A DNA stretch of 64,000 bases from Clostridia bacterium. Its GTDB lineage: Bacteria; Bacillota; Peptococcia; DRI-13; UBA5745. The notes beneath the pieces are model-generated. The model was not told the origin of the DNA. It searched no databases and saw only the letters and a list, made by a program, of their open reading frames with translations. The translations under genes were made by a program, and so were the position numbers. The DNA is taken from positions 22,784-86,783 of the forward strand of contig JAHDPO010000029.1 in assembly GCA_018434325.1 (NCBI GenBank), read 5' to 3'. This document shows, one piece after another, positions 27,195 through 37,319 of the stretch (positions are counted from its first letter, which is position 1; each line of letters opens with the position of its first letter).

Positions 27195-28262
27195 TCAAGC
27201 CAGCATCTGGTTGCGGTATTGATTGGGCGTGACGCCGGTAATCCGTTTAAACACCTGGCAAAAATATTTAGGATCGCCAAAGCCCACTTGCTCCGCTAAA
27301 GTGTTGGGGTCAACCTTGGGGTCCCGCAGCAGCCTTTGGGCCTGCTCGACCCGGACTTGGTTAACATAAGAGACGAAAGACGTGCCCAAAGACTTGGAAA
27401 ACAAAGTGCTGAGATAAGTCGGGGTAATATATACCGCCTCTGCCACCGTATCCAGGGTGAGCTTGTCTTTATAATGGATGCGGATGTATTTTTCCGCAGA
27501 AATCACCGCCGGATTTATGGTGGATTCGGAATGGATGATGGAATAGGTCTCATCTAAAAGGGACAAGAGAAATTGGCGCAGGGATTTGGCCAAATCCCTG
27601 TCCTTCCAGCGAATACCCTCCATGGGGTCGATGGAAAGCTTCTTGCGGCGTTCCATGAGCAGCCTGGTGATGGCTCCATACAGCATAGAAACGCAGGCTA
27701 AAGCATCATTATTATCATTGCGGGAAAAGATTTGCTTGATAAAATCGTCGAGAGCAAAAGCCAGATCTTCCTTCTTGCCGGTGAAAAGGATGCTCATAAT
27801 AGCCTTTTCCTTGTCCACAGGATAGCTTAAAAAATCACTGCCTCCCCGCGGCAGCTTATATTGAGGCATAATCAGATCAGAAATCCGCTTTTCCAATTCC
27901 GCCACAGCCTTTTCAAAGGCTTGTCTTAAATCCGTCGGACTATAGGGCTTAAGGATATATTCACTGACCGAAAGCCGCAAGGCGGTTTGGGCATATTTAA
28001 AATCCGCATAGCCGCTCATGACAATGAAATAGGGATCAAGGCCGTTTTTGCGGGTTTCTTCAATGACTTCCAGCCCATCCATTCCCGGCATTTTAATATC
28101 GATCAAGACAATATCCGGTTTGATGCTTAAAATAGCTTCCAGGCCGGAGATGCCGTTATCCGCCGTCGTAGCTAAATCCAGGCCCATTTGGTTCCAATCA
28201 TAAAAAGCTCCTATTGTTTCTAAAGTTGACCTGTCATCATCAATCAAGATTATTTTGTACAT
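27195..28262 (-). CDS. Response regulator, receiver + AraC-type HTH (YesN-like)
   Basis: Receiver DIVLIDIKMPGMDG. C-terminal AraC HTH ending KYFCQVFKRITGVTPNQYR. Confidence 0.88.
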   Translation of the reverse strand: MYKIILIDDDRSTLETIGAFYDWNQMGLDLATTADNGISGLEAILSIKPDIVLIDIKMPGMDGLEVIEETRKNGLDPYFIVMSGYADFKYAQTALRLSVSEYILKPYSPTDLRQAFEKAVAELEKRISDLIMPQYKLPRGGSDFLSYPVDKEKAIMSILFTGKKEDLAFALDDFIKQIFSRNDNNDALACVSMLYGAITRLLMERRKKLSIDPMEGIRWKDRDLAKSLRQFLLSLLDETYSIIHSESTINPAVISAEKYIRIHYKDKLTLDTVAEAVYITPTYLSTLFSKSLGTSFVSYVNQVRVEQAQRLLRDPKVDPNTLAEQVGFGDPKYFCQVFKRITGVTPNQYRNQMLA

Positions 28263-30176
28263 TTACAGTGCCCCCCTATCAGGTTCGTCGGTGTAAATAA
28301 CCGGTATGACAATTTTCATCAGAGTCTTTTCATAGGGGATGCTTTCAATAGTGAAGGAGTGCTGACCGTTGTAAGTGTGCCTCAGCCGGTCGCTGATATT
28401 TTTCATCGCTAATCTGTTGCCTTGGGATTTTTCATCCCGACCCGACGGCGGCAGCTTGTCGGGAAGCAGGGCCAGTATCTCCGGCTTAATGCCGGGGCCG
28501 TTATCGAATACTTCAAGATTAATCATTTTGCGATCCGGGGAAAGATAGATATTGACCCGGATTTTAATCTTCTCCTGCCGGCTCTCGGCCGCATGGACAC
28601 CGTGAGCGATAGAATTTTCCACCAGGGGCTGCAGACTGAGCCGGGGTATATAGATTTCACCCACGCCGTTTTCTACGGATATTTTATAGTCGAAGTGATT
28701 GCCGTAGCATTGCTTTTGCAGCTTGAGATAATTATAAAGGAGCTCTACTTCCTGGCGCACGGTGGACATTTTTTGCTTGGTACCCAGGCTGAATTGAAAG
28801 ATCCTTCCTAAAGAATAAATGAGATCGGCCACTTCCTGGTCATGGTTTTTCATGGCCAGCCATTGCAGGGAGTTGACCACATTGTATAAGAAATGGGGGT
28901 TGATTTGGGATTGAAGAGTAGCCAGCTCAGCCTCTTTTTCTTTTAGCTTTAGAACATAATTGCTGTTGATGAGGGATTGGTTCTCCTCAACCATAGAGTT
29001 GAAGACATTGCCCAGGCGGCCCACTTCGTCATGGTGACGGAAATTTACCCGGGAGGCAAAATCGCCATGGGCAAAGTTTTCCATGGAGATAGTTAATTTA
29101 TTGAGGGGCTTGATAATCGATTTGGTGATGAAAAGGAAGAAGGGGATTAGGAGAGAGAGAAACAAAGCCATAGCCACAATGGTATAAACCGCAAAAGAGC
29201 TGATGTCCCAACGGAAATCCCAAAAGGGCAGCAGATAAAAGAGACGCAGGTCGGTGTTGGCCACCCGGGCGGAAAAGCTCCAATAATGATCATTATCTAT
29301 GGTGACCTGGGTGCCGGCGCCGGCCGTTACGCCCGAGCTATTAAGATGGCTGATCGTCTTATTGTCCAGAGAGATTTTCGTTCTGTTAAAAACCTCTTCA
29401 TTTTTTTCATTGACAATAATGATTGAGCCGTAAGCCGGTCCTAAGTGAGGGCCGATATCCAGCAGTTTGCGGACGTCCACCGATATGGCTACCGCTCCGA
29501 TGGTCTGTCTGTCTTTGCTGCTTTGGACTCTTTTCCACAGGCAAAGCTTGGGTGAAAAGTCCCGCTCCATAAAAGAGCCTTCATTGGCCGGGATATACTG
29601 CCAGACAAAGCCTTTTTCCTCGGCCATTATGCTGCTTAGCGGGTGGTGAGGGTCGGTTACGTCCTGATCTAAAGGTCCGGAAGAACCGTCTATCGACGAA
29701 TAGTTGAGCACCTGGCCGTTTCTATTGTAAACAATGATACTGACGGCGTATTTTAAGCTGCTGACGGCGGCTAAGGTATTTGATTCGGTGATTTCCGATT
29801 TTCCTAAGTTGCTGTTGGTTATCATGGTTTGAATATCCTGGGCCAAGCCCATGTAATCAGCGATACCGCTGATGTATTGCATTTCTTCCCGGACAATATT
29901 GAGGCCGCTTTTCAGAAATTCCTCTCCTTGCCTCTTTTGGTCGGCTATATTGTTTTTCTGAGAAAGAAAAAGCATCAGGGCCGAGAGGAAAATGAAGATG
30001 GCAAAAATGCCTGAGCAGATGACCAGCATCAGCTTTGTGGCCAGGCTAAGGTTGGAAAAACGCTGAAAAGCAGTTGCTTTTATTTTGGATACTCCGTAAG
30101 ATGAAGAGGGCAAATTTATCATACCCTTCCTTACAATATACAGTTGCACTATAGCATAGGCCTGAGGCTTGTTCAA
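28263..30176 (-). CDS. Sensor histidine kinase, YesM-like (two TM, extracytoplasmic domain, HAMP, His_kinase, HATPase)
   Basis: HAMP segment, QINPHFLYNVVNSLQW H-box and GPGI/N-box strings. The start may be the internal ATG at 30122. Confidence 0.85.
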   Translation of the reverse strand: MNKPQAYAIVQLYIVRKGMINLPSSSYGVSKIKATAFQRFSNLSLATKLMLVICSGIFAIFIFLSALMLFLSQKNNIADQKRQGEEFLKSGLNIVREEMQYISGIADYMGLAQDIQTMITNSNLGKSEITESNTLAAVSSLKYAVSIIVYNRNGQVLNYSSIDGSSGPLDQDVTDPHHPLSSIMAEEKGFVWQYIPANEGSFMERDFSPKLCLWKRVQSSKDRQTIGAVAISVDVRKLLDIGPHLGPAYGSIIIVNEKNEEVFNRTKISLDNKTISHLNSSGVTAGAGTQVTIDNDHYWSFSARVANTDLRLFYLLPFWDFRWDISSFAVYTIVAMALFLSLLIPFFLFITKSIIKPLNKLTISMENFAHGDFASRVNFRHHDEVGRLGNVFNSMVEENQSLINSNYVLKLKEKEAELATLQSQINPHFLYNVVNSLQWLAMKNHDQEVADLIYSLGRIFQFSLGTKQKMSTVRQEVELLYNYLKLQKQCYGNHFDYKISVENGVGEIYIPRLSLQPLVENSIAHGVHAAESRQEKIKIRVNIYLSPDRKMINLEVFDNGPGIKPEILALLPDKLPPSGRDEKSQGNRLAMKNISDRLRHTYNGQHSFTIESIPYEKTLMKIVIPVIYTDEPDRGAL

Positions 30177-30314
30177 TAAATTCTGTTAACATTTGAATAA
30201 TTGCGGGAAGATTTATAATATTTTAAGTTGTCAGCTAAGGGTCAAATAATTAAACTTTAAACAGAACCGGGTTCCTGCTTAAAAATGTTAATCAGTCAGA
30301 CGGTGAAGGGAGGC

Positions 30315-31310
30315 ATGGTTTTGGGAAGGTATGTATTAAAGAGGCTGTTACAGCTAATCCCGGTATTGATTGGCGTAATGCTTTTGGCATTTTTACTTAA
30401 CGAAATCGCACCTGGAGATCCGGCCACATTATTAGCCGGCGGCGAAAGTGCGACCCCGGAGAAAATTGCTCAAATCCGGGCGGAATTAAAACTGGATGAC
30501 CCTTTTATTCTCAGATTTGGCGATTATGTTAAGAAATTGGTTACCGAAGGGAATATAGGCGTTTCCTATAAAACAAAGCAGCCGGTGGCGGCAGAGGTAG
30601 CCCACCGTTTCCCCCAAACCTTCAAAATGGCGGCAATCAGCGCCATATTAGCATCGATAATCGGTATTGCTTTGGGGATCATTTCCGCCATTAAACAATA
30701 TTCCTTTTTGGACAATATCATTGCCATGTTTTCTCTTTTGGGCGTCAGCATGCCGGTGTTTTGGTCCTCGCTTTTATTGATTTTGTTCTTTGCCATCAAT
30801 CTGAAATGGCTGCCTTCTTCAGGCTTTAGCACATGGAAACACTGGATTCTGCCCTGCGTAGTTATCGGCACCAGCATGGCTGCCTCAATCGTCAGGATGA
30901 CCCGCTCCAGCATGCTGGAGGTTATCCGTCAGGATTATATTCGGACAGCCCGGGCCAAAGGCCAGGTGGAAAGAGTGGTTATCTCCAAGCACGCGCTGAA
31001 AAATGCGCTGATTCCTGTGGTAACCAATATCGGAATGCACTTTGGCGTACTGCTGGGCGGGGCCGTAATTATTGAAACGATTTTTGTCATACCCGGTATC
31101 GGCAAATACATAACCGACGCCATCAGAAACCGGGACTATCCGGTTGTCCAGGGTTCTGTGCTGGTTTTAGCTTTAGCCAACAGCTTTGTCAATCTGGGTG
31201 TGGATTTGCTGTATGCCGCTATCGATCCCCGGATCAGAACCCAGTATCGTAATATGGGCAAAATGAAAAAGAAAAAGGCGGCTTTGCCGCTGGGAGGGAA
31301 GGCTGCGTAA
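30315..31310 (+). CDS. Opp/Dpp-type ABC transporter permease (OppB-like), system 1
   Basis: YVLKRLLQLIPVLIGV N-terminus and an EAA-loop region. The start is ambiguous (ATG 30315 or TTG 30321). Confidence 0.85.
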   Translation: MVLGRYVLKRLLQLIPVLIGVMLLAFLLNEIAPGDPATLLAGGESATPEKIAQIRAELKLDDPFILRFGDYVKKLVTEGNIGVSYKTKQPVAAEVAHRFPQTFKMAAISAILASIIGIALGIISAIKQYSFLDNIIAMFSLLGVSMPVFWSSLLLILFFAINLKWLPSSGFSTWKHWILPCVVIGTSMAASIVRMTRSSMLEVIRQDYIRTARAKGQVERVVISKHALKNALIPVVTNIGMHFGVLLGGAVIIETIFVIPGIGKYITDAIRNRDYPVVQGSVLVLALANSFVNLGVDLLYAAIDPRIRTQYRNMGKMKKKKAALPLGGKAA

Positions 31311-32251
31311 TGGCTAAAATGAATACACCGGCTATGATGGCCTTTCAAAAAAATCAGGAGAAGAGAGAACGTATTTTCAAAAAGAAAAATAACAGTGGGG
31401 AGGCTGCCAGCGTACCTCTTTGGATGGAATCCTGGCGCCGGTTAGTACGGCGGCCCACAGCTACCTTAGGTATGATCATCTTTGTGGTTTTAGTCATTAT
31501 GGCCCTATTCCCTACAATAATTGCTCCTGAGGGTTACGACAACCAGCAATATGGCAGGCTTTTTCAGCCGCCTAATGCCCAAAATATTATGGGCACCGAT
31601 AATCTGGGCCGGGACGTTTTTAGTCGGGTTTTATATGGCGCCAGATATTCCATGGGCGTAGGCTTTTTTGCCGTAATCTTTGCCCTGATGATCGGCGGCA
31701 CCATGGGATCCATCGCCGCCTTTTATGGGGGCCGGGCCGACAGCCTTATTATGAGATTTTTAGATATTGTCTTATCAATACCCAGTATTTTGCTGGCCAT
31801 TGCCATAACCTCAATTTTAGGCACCAGTATAATCAACCTGACGATAGCCATCAGTATTTCATCTTTTCCTCACTATGCCCGGATTGTGCGGGCAGCTATC
31901 CTGAGCATTAAAGAGCAGGAGTTTGTGGAAGCCGCCCGGGCTATCGGCGCCAGCGACGTCAGAATTATCTTCCGGCATTTGCTGCCCAATGCTATGGCCC
32001 CGATTATTGTTCAAGCCACCGTGGGCTTAGGTGGCGCCATTCTTTCCTGTGCCGCTTTAAGCTTTATCGGCCTTGGCATTCAGCCGCCCTTGCCGGAATG
32101 GGGTACAATGCTCTCCACCGGCCGTGAGTACATCCGTGAATACTGGTGGCTGGTTGTATTTCCCGGTATGTTCATAATGCTTGCTATATTCTCCGTAAAT
32201 CTCTTTGGCGACGGCTTAAGGGATGCTCTTGATCCCAGATTAAAACAATAG
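31310..32251 (+). CDS. Opp/Dpp-type ABC transporter permease (OppC-like), system 1
   Basis: BPD_transp_1-type membrane protein. TAATG overlap with the upstream permease. Confidence 0.85.
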   Translation: MAKMNTPAMMAFQKNQEKRERIFKKKNNSGEAASVPLWMESWRRLVRRPTATLGMIIFVVLVIMALFPTIIAPEGYDNQQYGRLFQPPNAQNIMGTDNLGRDVFSRVLYGARYSMGVGFFAVIFALMIGGTMGSIAAFYGGRADSLIMRFLDIVLSIPSILLAIAITSILGTSIINLTIAISISSFPHYARIVRAAILSIKEQEFVEAARAIGASDVRIIFRHLLPNAMAPIIVQATVGLGGAILSCAALSFIGLGIQPPLPEWGTMLSTGREYIREYWWLVVFPGMFIMLAIFSVNLFGDGLRDALDPRLKQ

Positions 32252-32262
32252 AGGTTAAAAGC

Positions 32263-33258
32263 ATGAGCACAAATGAGAACGCTTCATTCCTGGAAGTGAA
32301 AAACCTGGTGATCCATTACGAAACCGATAATGGCGTGGTGGAAGCGGTTAACAATATATCATTTAAAATGAACCGGGGAGAGACTTTAAGCCTGGTAGGA
32401 GAAACCGGCGCCGGCAAAACCACCACCGCTTTGGGTTTGCTTAACTTAGTCCCTAACCCGCCCGGTCGAATTATTGCCGGCGAGATTCTGCTAAACGGTG
32501 AAAACCTGCTGAAGATGAGCGCCCACCAGATGCAAAAAATCAGGGGCAGCAAGATTACGATGATTTTTCAAGATCCCATGACCTCCTTAAACCCTATTGA
32601 GACGGTGGGAGAACAAATTTCCGAAGTAATCAGGCTGCACAATAAAGTCAGCAGGTCCGAAGCGGCTCAAATGGCCTGCGATATGCTGGAGAAGGTAGGA
32701 ATACCTGCCGAGCGCTATGGCGACTACCCCCACCAGTTTTCCGGAGGCATGAAGCAAAGGGTGGTTATTGCCATCGCCTTAGCCTGCGACCCGGAGCTCC
32801 TCATCTCCGACGAGCCTACTTCAGCTTTGGATGTGACCATCCAGGCTCAGGTTTTGGATACCATGCGGCAGCTCAAGAAAGAGCTGAAGACCTCAATGCT
32901 GATGATCACCCATGACTTAGGAGTGGTAGCGGAAACCAGTGATAATGTGGCGGTAATGTATGCCGGGGAAATCGTGGAGTACGGCACCTTGCGTCAGGTA
33001 TTTAAAGACACCAGGCATCCTTACACCCAGGCATTATTCGATTCCCTGCCGGACATTAACAAAAATGTGAAACGTTTGATACCGATTAAAGGTTTAACGC
33101 CGGATCCCTCCAGCCTGCCGAATTATTGCAGTTTCTATGATCGCTGCACGAAAAGGATGGAGGAATGCAAGAAAACCGATCCGGCAGTGGTGGATGTAGG
33201 GGATGGGCACCTGGTAAAATGCCTCCTTTTTGCATCGGAAAGGAGCGGCCATGAATAA
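32263..33258 (+). CDS. Opp/Dpp-type ABC ATPase (OppD-like), system 1
   Basis: Walker [10 protein letters not shown], signature FSGGMKQR and a C-terminal oligopeptide-type extension with four Cys. Confidence 0.88.
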   Translation: MSTNENASFLEVKNLVIHYETDNGVVEAVNNISFKMNRGETLSLVGETGAGKTTTALGLLNLVPNPPGRIIAGEILLNGENLLKMSAHQMQKIRGSKITMIFQDPMTSLNPIETVGEQISEVIRLHNKVSRSEAAQMACDMLEKVGIPAERYGDYPHQFSGGMKQRVVIAIALACDPELLISDEPTSALDVTIQAQVLDTMRQLKKELKTSMLMITHDLGVVAETSDNVAVMYAGEIVEYGTLRQVFKDTRHPYTQALFDSLPDINKNVKRLIPIKGLTPDPSSLPNYCSFYDRCTKRMEECKKTDPAVVDVGDGHLVKCLLFASERSGHE

Positions 33259-34216
33259 GTTCCTGGAGGTAAAAAATCTAAAAAAATATTATGAAACCAG
33301 CAGAGGTGTTCTTCACGCCGTGGACAGCGTAAGCTTTTCCCTGGCCAAAGGAGAAACCCTGGGCGTAGTGGGCGAATCGGGCTGCGGCAAAAGCACTCTG
33401 GGACAGACGATTTTGCATCTGCGCAAACCGACAGACGGCGAAATTTACTTTAATGGCGAGGATATTTCCAATCCCAGCAAAAAAAAGCGCCACGATTTGT
33501 GCCGGGATATGCAGATCATCTTCCAGGATCCCTTTTCCTCTCTTAACCCTCGGATGACGGTAAAGCAAATCATCAGCGAGCCTTTAAAGATTTTTAATGC
33601 CGTCAAAAACAAAGCCGAATTGGATGAACGGGTAGCTAAATTAATGGAAACGGTGGGGTTGGCCAAACGCTTTGTCAACACCTATCCCCATGAACTGGAT
33701 GGGGGACGCCGGCAAAGAATTGGCATAGCCAGAGCTCTGGCCCTGGAGCCAAGCTTTATTGTTTGCGACGAGCCGGTATCGGCTCTCGATGTATCGATCC
33801 AGGCTCAGGTTTTGAATCTGATGCAGGATTTGCAGGAGCAGCTAAACCTGACTTATATATTTATTACCCATGACTTATCCGTTGTTAAACATATTTCCAA
33901 CAATATTATGGTGATGTATCTGGGCGTAGTGGTGGAGCGTACTTCTTCCCAAGGCTTGTTCGCCGCCCCCTTGCATCCTTATACTAAAGCTCTTTTAAGC
34001 GCCATACCCCACAGCGATATTGACGTGCCCAGAGATCGTATCTTATTGAGGGGGGAGATATCTTCGCCCATTGAACCGCCCCCCGGCTGCCGATTTGCCA
34101 AGCGCTGCAATTATGCTACGGAAAAATGTTTTGCCGAAGACCCGGTAATGGAAGAGATTTATCCCGGCCATGAAGTTGCCTGCCACCATGTCAAGGAAAT
34201 CAATGCTATCCCCTAA
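33251..34216 (+). CDS. Opp/Dpp-type ABC ATPase (OppF-like), system 1
   Basis: Walker [10 protein letters not shown], signature LDGGRRQR and a C-terminal four-Cys extension. ATG 33251 lies after AGGAG. Confidence 0.88.
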   Translation: MNKFLEVKNLKKYYETSRGVLHAVDSVSFSLAKGETLGVVGESGCGKSTLGQTILHLRKPTDGEIYFNGEDISNPSKKKRHDLCRDMQIIFQDPFSSLNPRMTVKQIISEPLKIFNAVKNKAELDERVAKLMETVGLAKRFVNTYPHELDGGRRQRIGIARALALEPSFIVCDEPVSALDVSIQAQVLNLMQDLQEQLNLTYIFITHDLSVVKHISNNIMVMYLGVVVERTSSQGLFAAPLHPYTKALLSAIPHSDIDVPRDRILLRGEISSPIEPPPGCRFAKRCNYATEKCFAEDPVMEEIYPGHEVACHHVKEINAIP

Positions 34217-34254
34217 AAAACAAAACGAATAAAATTATACGAGGAGGTAGTCAA

Positions 34255-35856
34255 GTGAAAAAACAAGTAATTAAGGCCCTGTCCCTTCTAGTGGTAGTTA
34301 TGTTTATCGTAGCCGGATGCGGTGGTCAGCCTGCCAGCTCAGGCGGTTCTGCAACGACCCCCCCGGCAGGCGGCGGCTCTGCACCCTCTGAAGCAACCCC
34401 GGCTAAAGTTACGGTAGAGGACGATACCTTAATCGTGGCTGTGGATGCTGAAGGCGTCACCTTTGATCCCTTTGGTTTTGCAGACTTAGACAGCGGATTT
34501 TTAGTAAGGCAAACCCATGAGCCTCTGGCCTACCTGGACGGCACCAATCCTGAGGGCAATACTCCTGTTTTAGCGGAATCCTGGGAATACCCCGACAACC
34601 AGACCATTCGTCTTAACTTAAGAAAGGGTGTAAAATTCCAAAACGGCGAAGAAATGAAAGCCAGCGACGTGGTTTTCTCCATCATGATGGCAAAGACCAA
34701 GGGACTGGTCAGCCCGGTGAACTGGCAGAACCTGGACATTGACAACGCTAAAATTATTGACGATTATACTCTGGAACTAAAAACTTATGAGCCTTCATCC
34801 TTCACCTTTGCCTGGCTCCTCAGTGAAATGGTCTCTATCGTCAGCGAAAAGGCTTATACGGAGCAAGGCAGTGAAAAATACGGCCGCAATCCTAACGGCG
34901 GCACCGGTCCTTACATTTTGGCAGACTGGGTGGCCGGCGACCGGGTAACCTTTACCAGAAATGAAAACTACTGGGGTGAAAAACCGCAATACAAAACCCT
35001 GATCCTGCGCTTTATTGTTGAAGGCACAGCCAGAACCTTCGCCGTGGAATCAGGCGACGTGGACGTTGCTTACTCCTGTCCGACAGCTGATTTGAACACC
35101 TTATCCAACTTGCCCAACTATCAAGTCATTCGTCAAAAAACCTCCGGGGTAAACTATTTATTCATGAATACCCAAGACAAGTACTTAAAAGACGTCAGGG
35201 TCAGAAAAGCCCTAAGCTATGCTTTAGACCTGGAGACCATGGTTCCCATCGCTTACAATAATATGGGCACGGTAGCTTTCAGCGTATTTGGACCTTCCGC
35301 TCCTCAGCAAATCAGGCCGGACCTGGTTTACACCAAGGATATGGAAAAAGCCAAAGCCTTGATGAAGGAAGCCGGCTATGAAAACGGCTTTAACCTGAAG
35401 ATCATTATTACCGACAGAGCAGCCCGCAAGACGCTTTGCGAAATGATGAAGAATGCCTGGAAAGAGTTAAATATCAATCTGGAAATTGAGGTCCTGGAGC
35501 TCTCCACGATTCTTGACCTGACCATGAAAGGCGATTACCAGCTGACCATTATGGCTGAAGGCGGTTTCCACGGTGAAGCCTGGCGCGCCTTCCTCCACTC
35601 CTCAGGCGTCAACAACTACTCTCAATACAGAAATCCCAGAGTGGACGAACTTTTTGACCTGGCTGTAAAAACTGCCGACATCCATGAAGGCGCCAAGTAC
35701 TACAACGAATTGCAGAATATTTGCGCCGAAGAACTGCCCATGCTGCCCATGCAATATGACGAGATCTTAAATGTGGCAGGCAAAAACTTATATTACTCTG
35801 TCGATCCCACCTACAACTTTATGGCGGCCAGATTCTACTACATTCGCCACGATTAA
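34255..35856 (+). CDS. Family-5 substrate-binding lipoprotein (OppA/DppA/NikA-type), system 1
   Basis: Lipobox VAGCGG and SBP_bac_5-like sequence. GTG start after GAGGAGG. Confidence 0.85.
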   Translation: MKKQVIKALSLLVVVMFIVAGCGGQPASSGGSATTPPAGGGSAPSEATPAKVTVEDDTLIVAVDAEGVTFDPFGFADLDSGFLVRQTHEPLAYLDGTNPEGNTPVLAESWEYPDNQTIRLNLRKGVKFQNGEEMKASDVVFSIMMAKTKGLVSPVNWQNLDIDNAKIIDDYTLELKTYEPSSFTFAWLLSEMVSIVSEKAYTEQGSEKYGRNPNGGTGPYILADWVAGDRVTFTRNENYWGEKPQYKTLILRFIVEGTARTFAVESGDVDVAYSCPTADLNTLSNLPNYQVIRQKTSGVNYLFMNTQDKYLKDVRVRKALSYALDLETMVPIAYNNMGTVAFSVFGPSAPQQIRPDLVYTKDMEKAKALMKEAGYENGFNLKIIITDRAARKTLCEMMKNAWKELNINLEIEVLELSTILDLTMKGDYQLTIMAEGGFHGEAWRAFLHSSGVNNYSQYRNPRVDELFDLAVKTADIHEGAKYYNELQNICAEELPMLPMQYDEILNVAGKNLYYSVDPTYNFMAARFYYIRHD

Positions 35857-36125
35857 TCTATCTGTATCAGGGGGCGGCCTAAGCTGTCCCCTCCCTCCCC
35901 CCTGATACTGCTTAACGCTATTTTTCTGCTCTTGGATGTGCTGCTGCCCTCAGCAGCCGGTATATCCAAGAGCCTTTTTCCTTTTCGGGTGCTTGACGTT
36001 TGATCCGTGGCGGCCGGCCCGACTGGCTCTCGAGGGGGCATTTGACTTTGGTCTGTTCCAATGATAAAATGCCGTAAGATACAATTTATTTTAATCAAGA
36101 CAAATAATTGTAATGGAGAAGCGCC

Positions 36126-36809
36126 ATGAATAATCACCCACTGCAACTGGAGCCATATAAGGGAGTATTGCGCATGCTGGGGGGACAGTTTGGTGATAGC
36201 TGCCAATCTGTCTTATATAGCCTGGAGCAGGACCAGGATAAGCTCGAGGGGGCTGTGGTCAGTGTTTCGGGCACTACGACAAATGCCAATATTGGAGACC
36301 CTTTGCCAGCTTTTTTAGAAACTCATATCAGGGAAAAGGGCATGGCGAGCCAGTATGGCTTTATCAATAAGGCATTTCCCAGCCTGGTGCTGCGGACCTC
36401 CCTGGAATTTCTCCGGGATGAGGCGGGGGAGGTTTTTGGCTGCATTTGTATTCATCACAATATCGTTCACATTAAGATGATCACCAGCTTTTTGGATGAA
36501 TTGACCCGCCCCAACAATTTAGAGGATGAAGATGAGGAATCCTCAGCTGCCGGCGGGGAAGGCAGGCAATATACAGCCAGCAATATTCAGGGCTTTTTGG
36601 ATAATATTATTTCGGAATTTTTGGAAGAACACCTGGAGGCCAATAACTTTGCGGCTTTGGACAAAAACGATAAGCTGGATTTGATCAAGGAGCTGGACCG
36701 TCGCGGTGTATTTTTGGTCAAGGGCGCAGTTAACCTGATTGCCAAAAGAATCAATGTGTCCAAATTCAGCATTTACAATTATTTGGACGAGATACGGGAG
36801 CAGAGTTGA
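36126..36809 (+). CDS. YheO-like transcriptional regulator (PAS-like + C-terminal HTH)
   Basis: N-terminal YheO-type PAS-like region. C-terminal LIKELDRRGVFLVKGAVNLIAKRINVSKFSIYNYL is typical of COG2964 regulators. Confidence 0.7.
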   Translation: MNNHPLQLEPYKGVLRMLGGQFGDSCQSVLYSLEQDQDKLEGAVVSVSGTTTNANIGDPLPAFLETHIREKGMASQYGFINKAFPSLVLRTSLEFLRDEAGEVFGCICIHHNIVHIKMITSFLDELTRPNNLEDEDEESSAAGGEGRQYTASNIQGFLDNIISEFLEEHLEANNFAALDKNDKLDLIKELDRRGVFLVKGAVNLIAKRINVSKFSIYNYLDEIREQS

Positions 36810-36891
36810 GTTGAACAAAGGAAAGCCAAACAACCTTAAGCAAAATTAAGCAGAGCTAAACAGGATTAAACGGATAAGCGGAATTTTCCTC

Positions 36892-36919
36892 GCCGGTCAG
36901 GATTTGACCGGCTTTTTTT
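36892..36919 (+). terminator. Rho-independent terminator
   Basis: GCCGGTCA-ggat-TTGACCGGC followed by TTTTTTT. Confidence 0.8.
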
Positions 36920-36963
36920 ATTGCTTCAAACAGCAGTAATAGGGTGGAGGGATAGCGCTGAAA

Positions 36964-37125
36964 TGCGCAAAATTGCAAGTTTAAAGTGTCCTTAACATGG
37001 GGTGTACATCATTTTTGGCTGTATTGGCCTGTACTCGGCTGATGTTTGGCTATATTTAGTGTCACAGCCAGAAGTTGATCACTATTCTAAAGGAACAGCA
37101 TACTTTAAACTTGCAATTTTGCGCA
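36964..37125 (-). repeat. MITE-like element, copy 3 (internal part inverted relative to copies 1 and 2)
   Basis: TGCGCAAAATTGCAAGTTTAAAGTGT...TACTTTAAACTTGCAATTTTGCGCA. The internal module is the reverse complement of that in copy 2. Confidence 0.85.
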
Positions 37126-37225
37126 AAATTGAACGAGTACCGTGCTGGCTGCTCTGTTTACTGCCGTCTCTACCTATTAGCCTGTCCCCCTATTATTAAA
37201 AAATTTTTAGTATTACAAAAAATTG

Positions 37226-37253
37226 TTGACAGTACGGAATTTTCTGATATAAT
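37226..37253 (+). promoter_or_regulatory. Near-consensus sigma-A promoter TTGACA-16 nt-(TGa)TATAAT
   Basis: Read directly. It lies 67 nt upstream of the first lyase start. Confidence 0.65.
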
Positions 37254-37319
37254 TAAAATTGTAATTGAGTGATGTAATCAGCCGTCTATCTAAAAATAAG
37301 GGAATGGAGGTATTTGTTC

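Noticed and set aside
35853-36206. 117-aa minus-strand ORF between Opp system 1 and the YheO-like gene
   Set aside because: It overlaps the SBP terminator hairpin and the promoter and 5' end of the YheO-like gene. It has no RBS and no recognisable motif.
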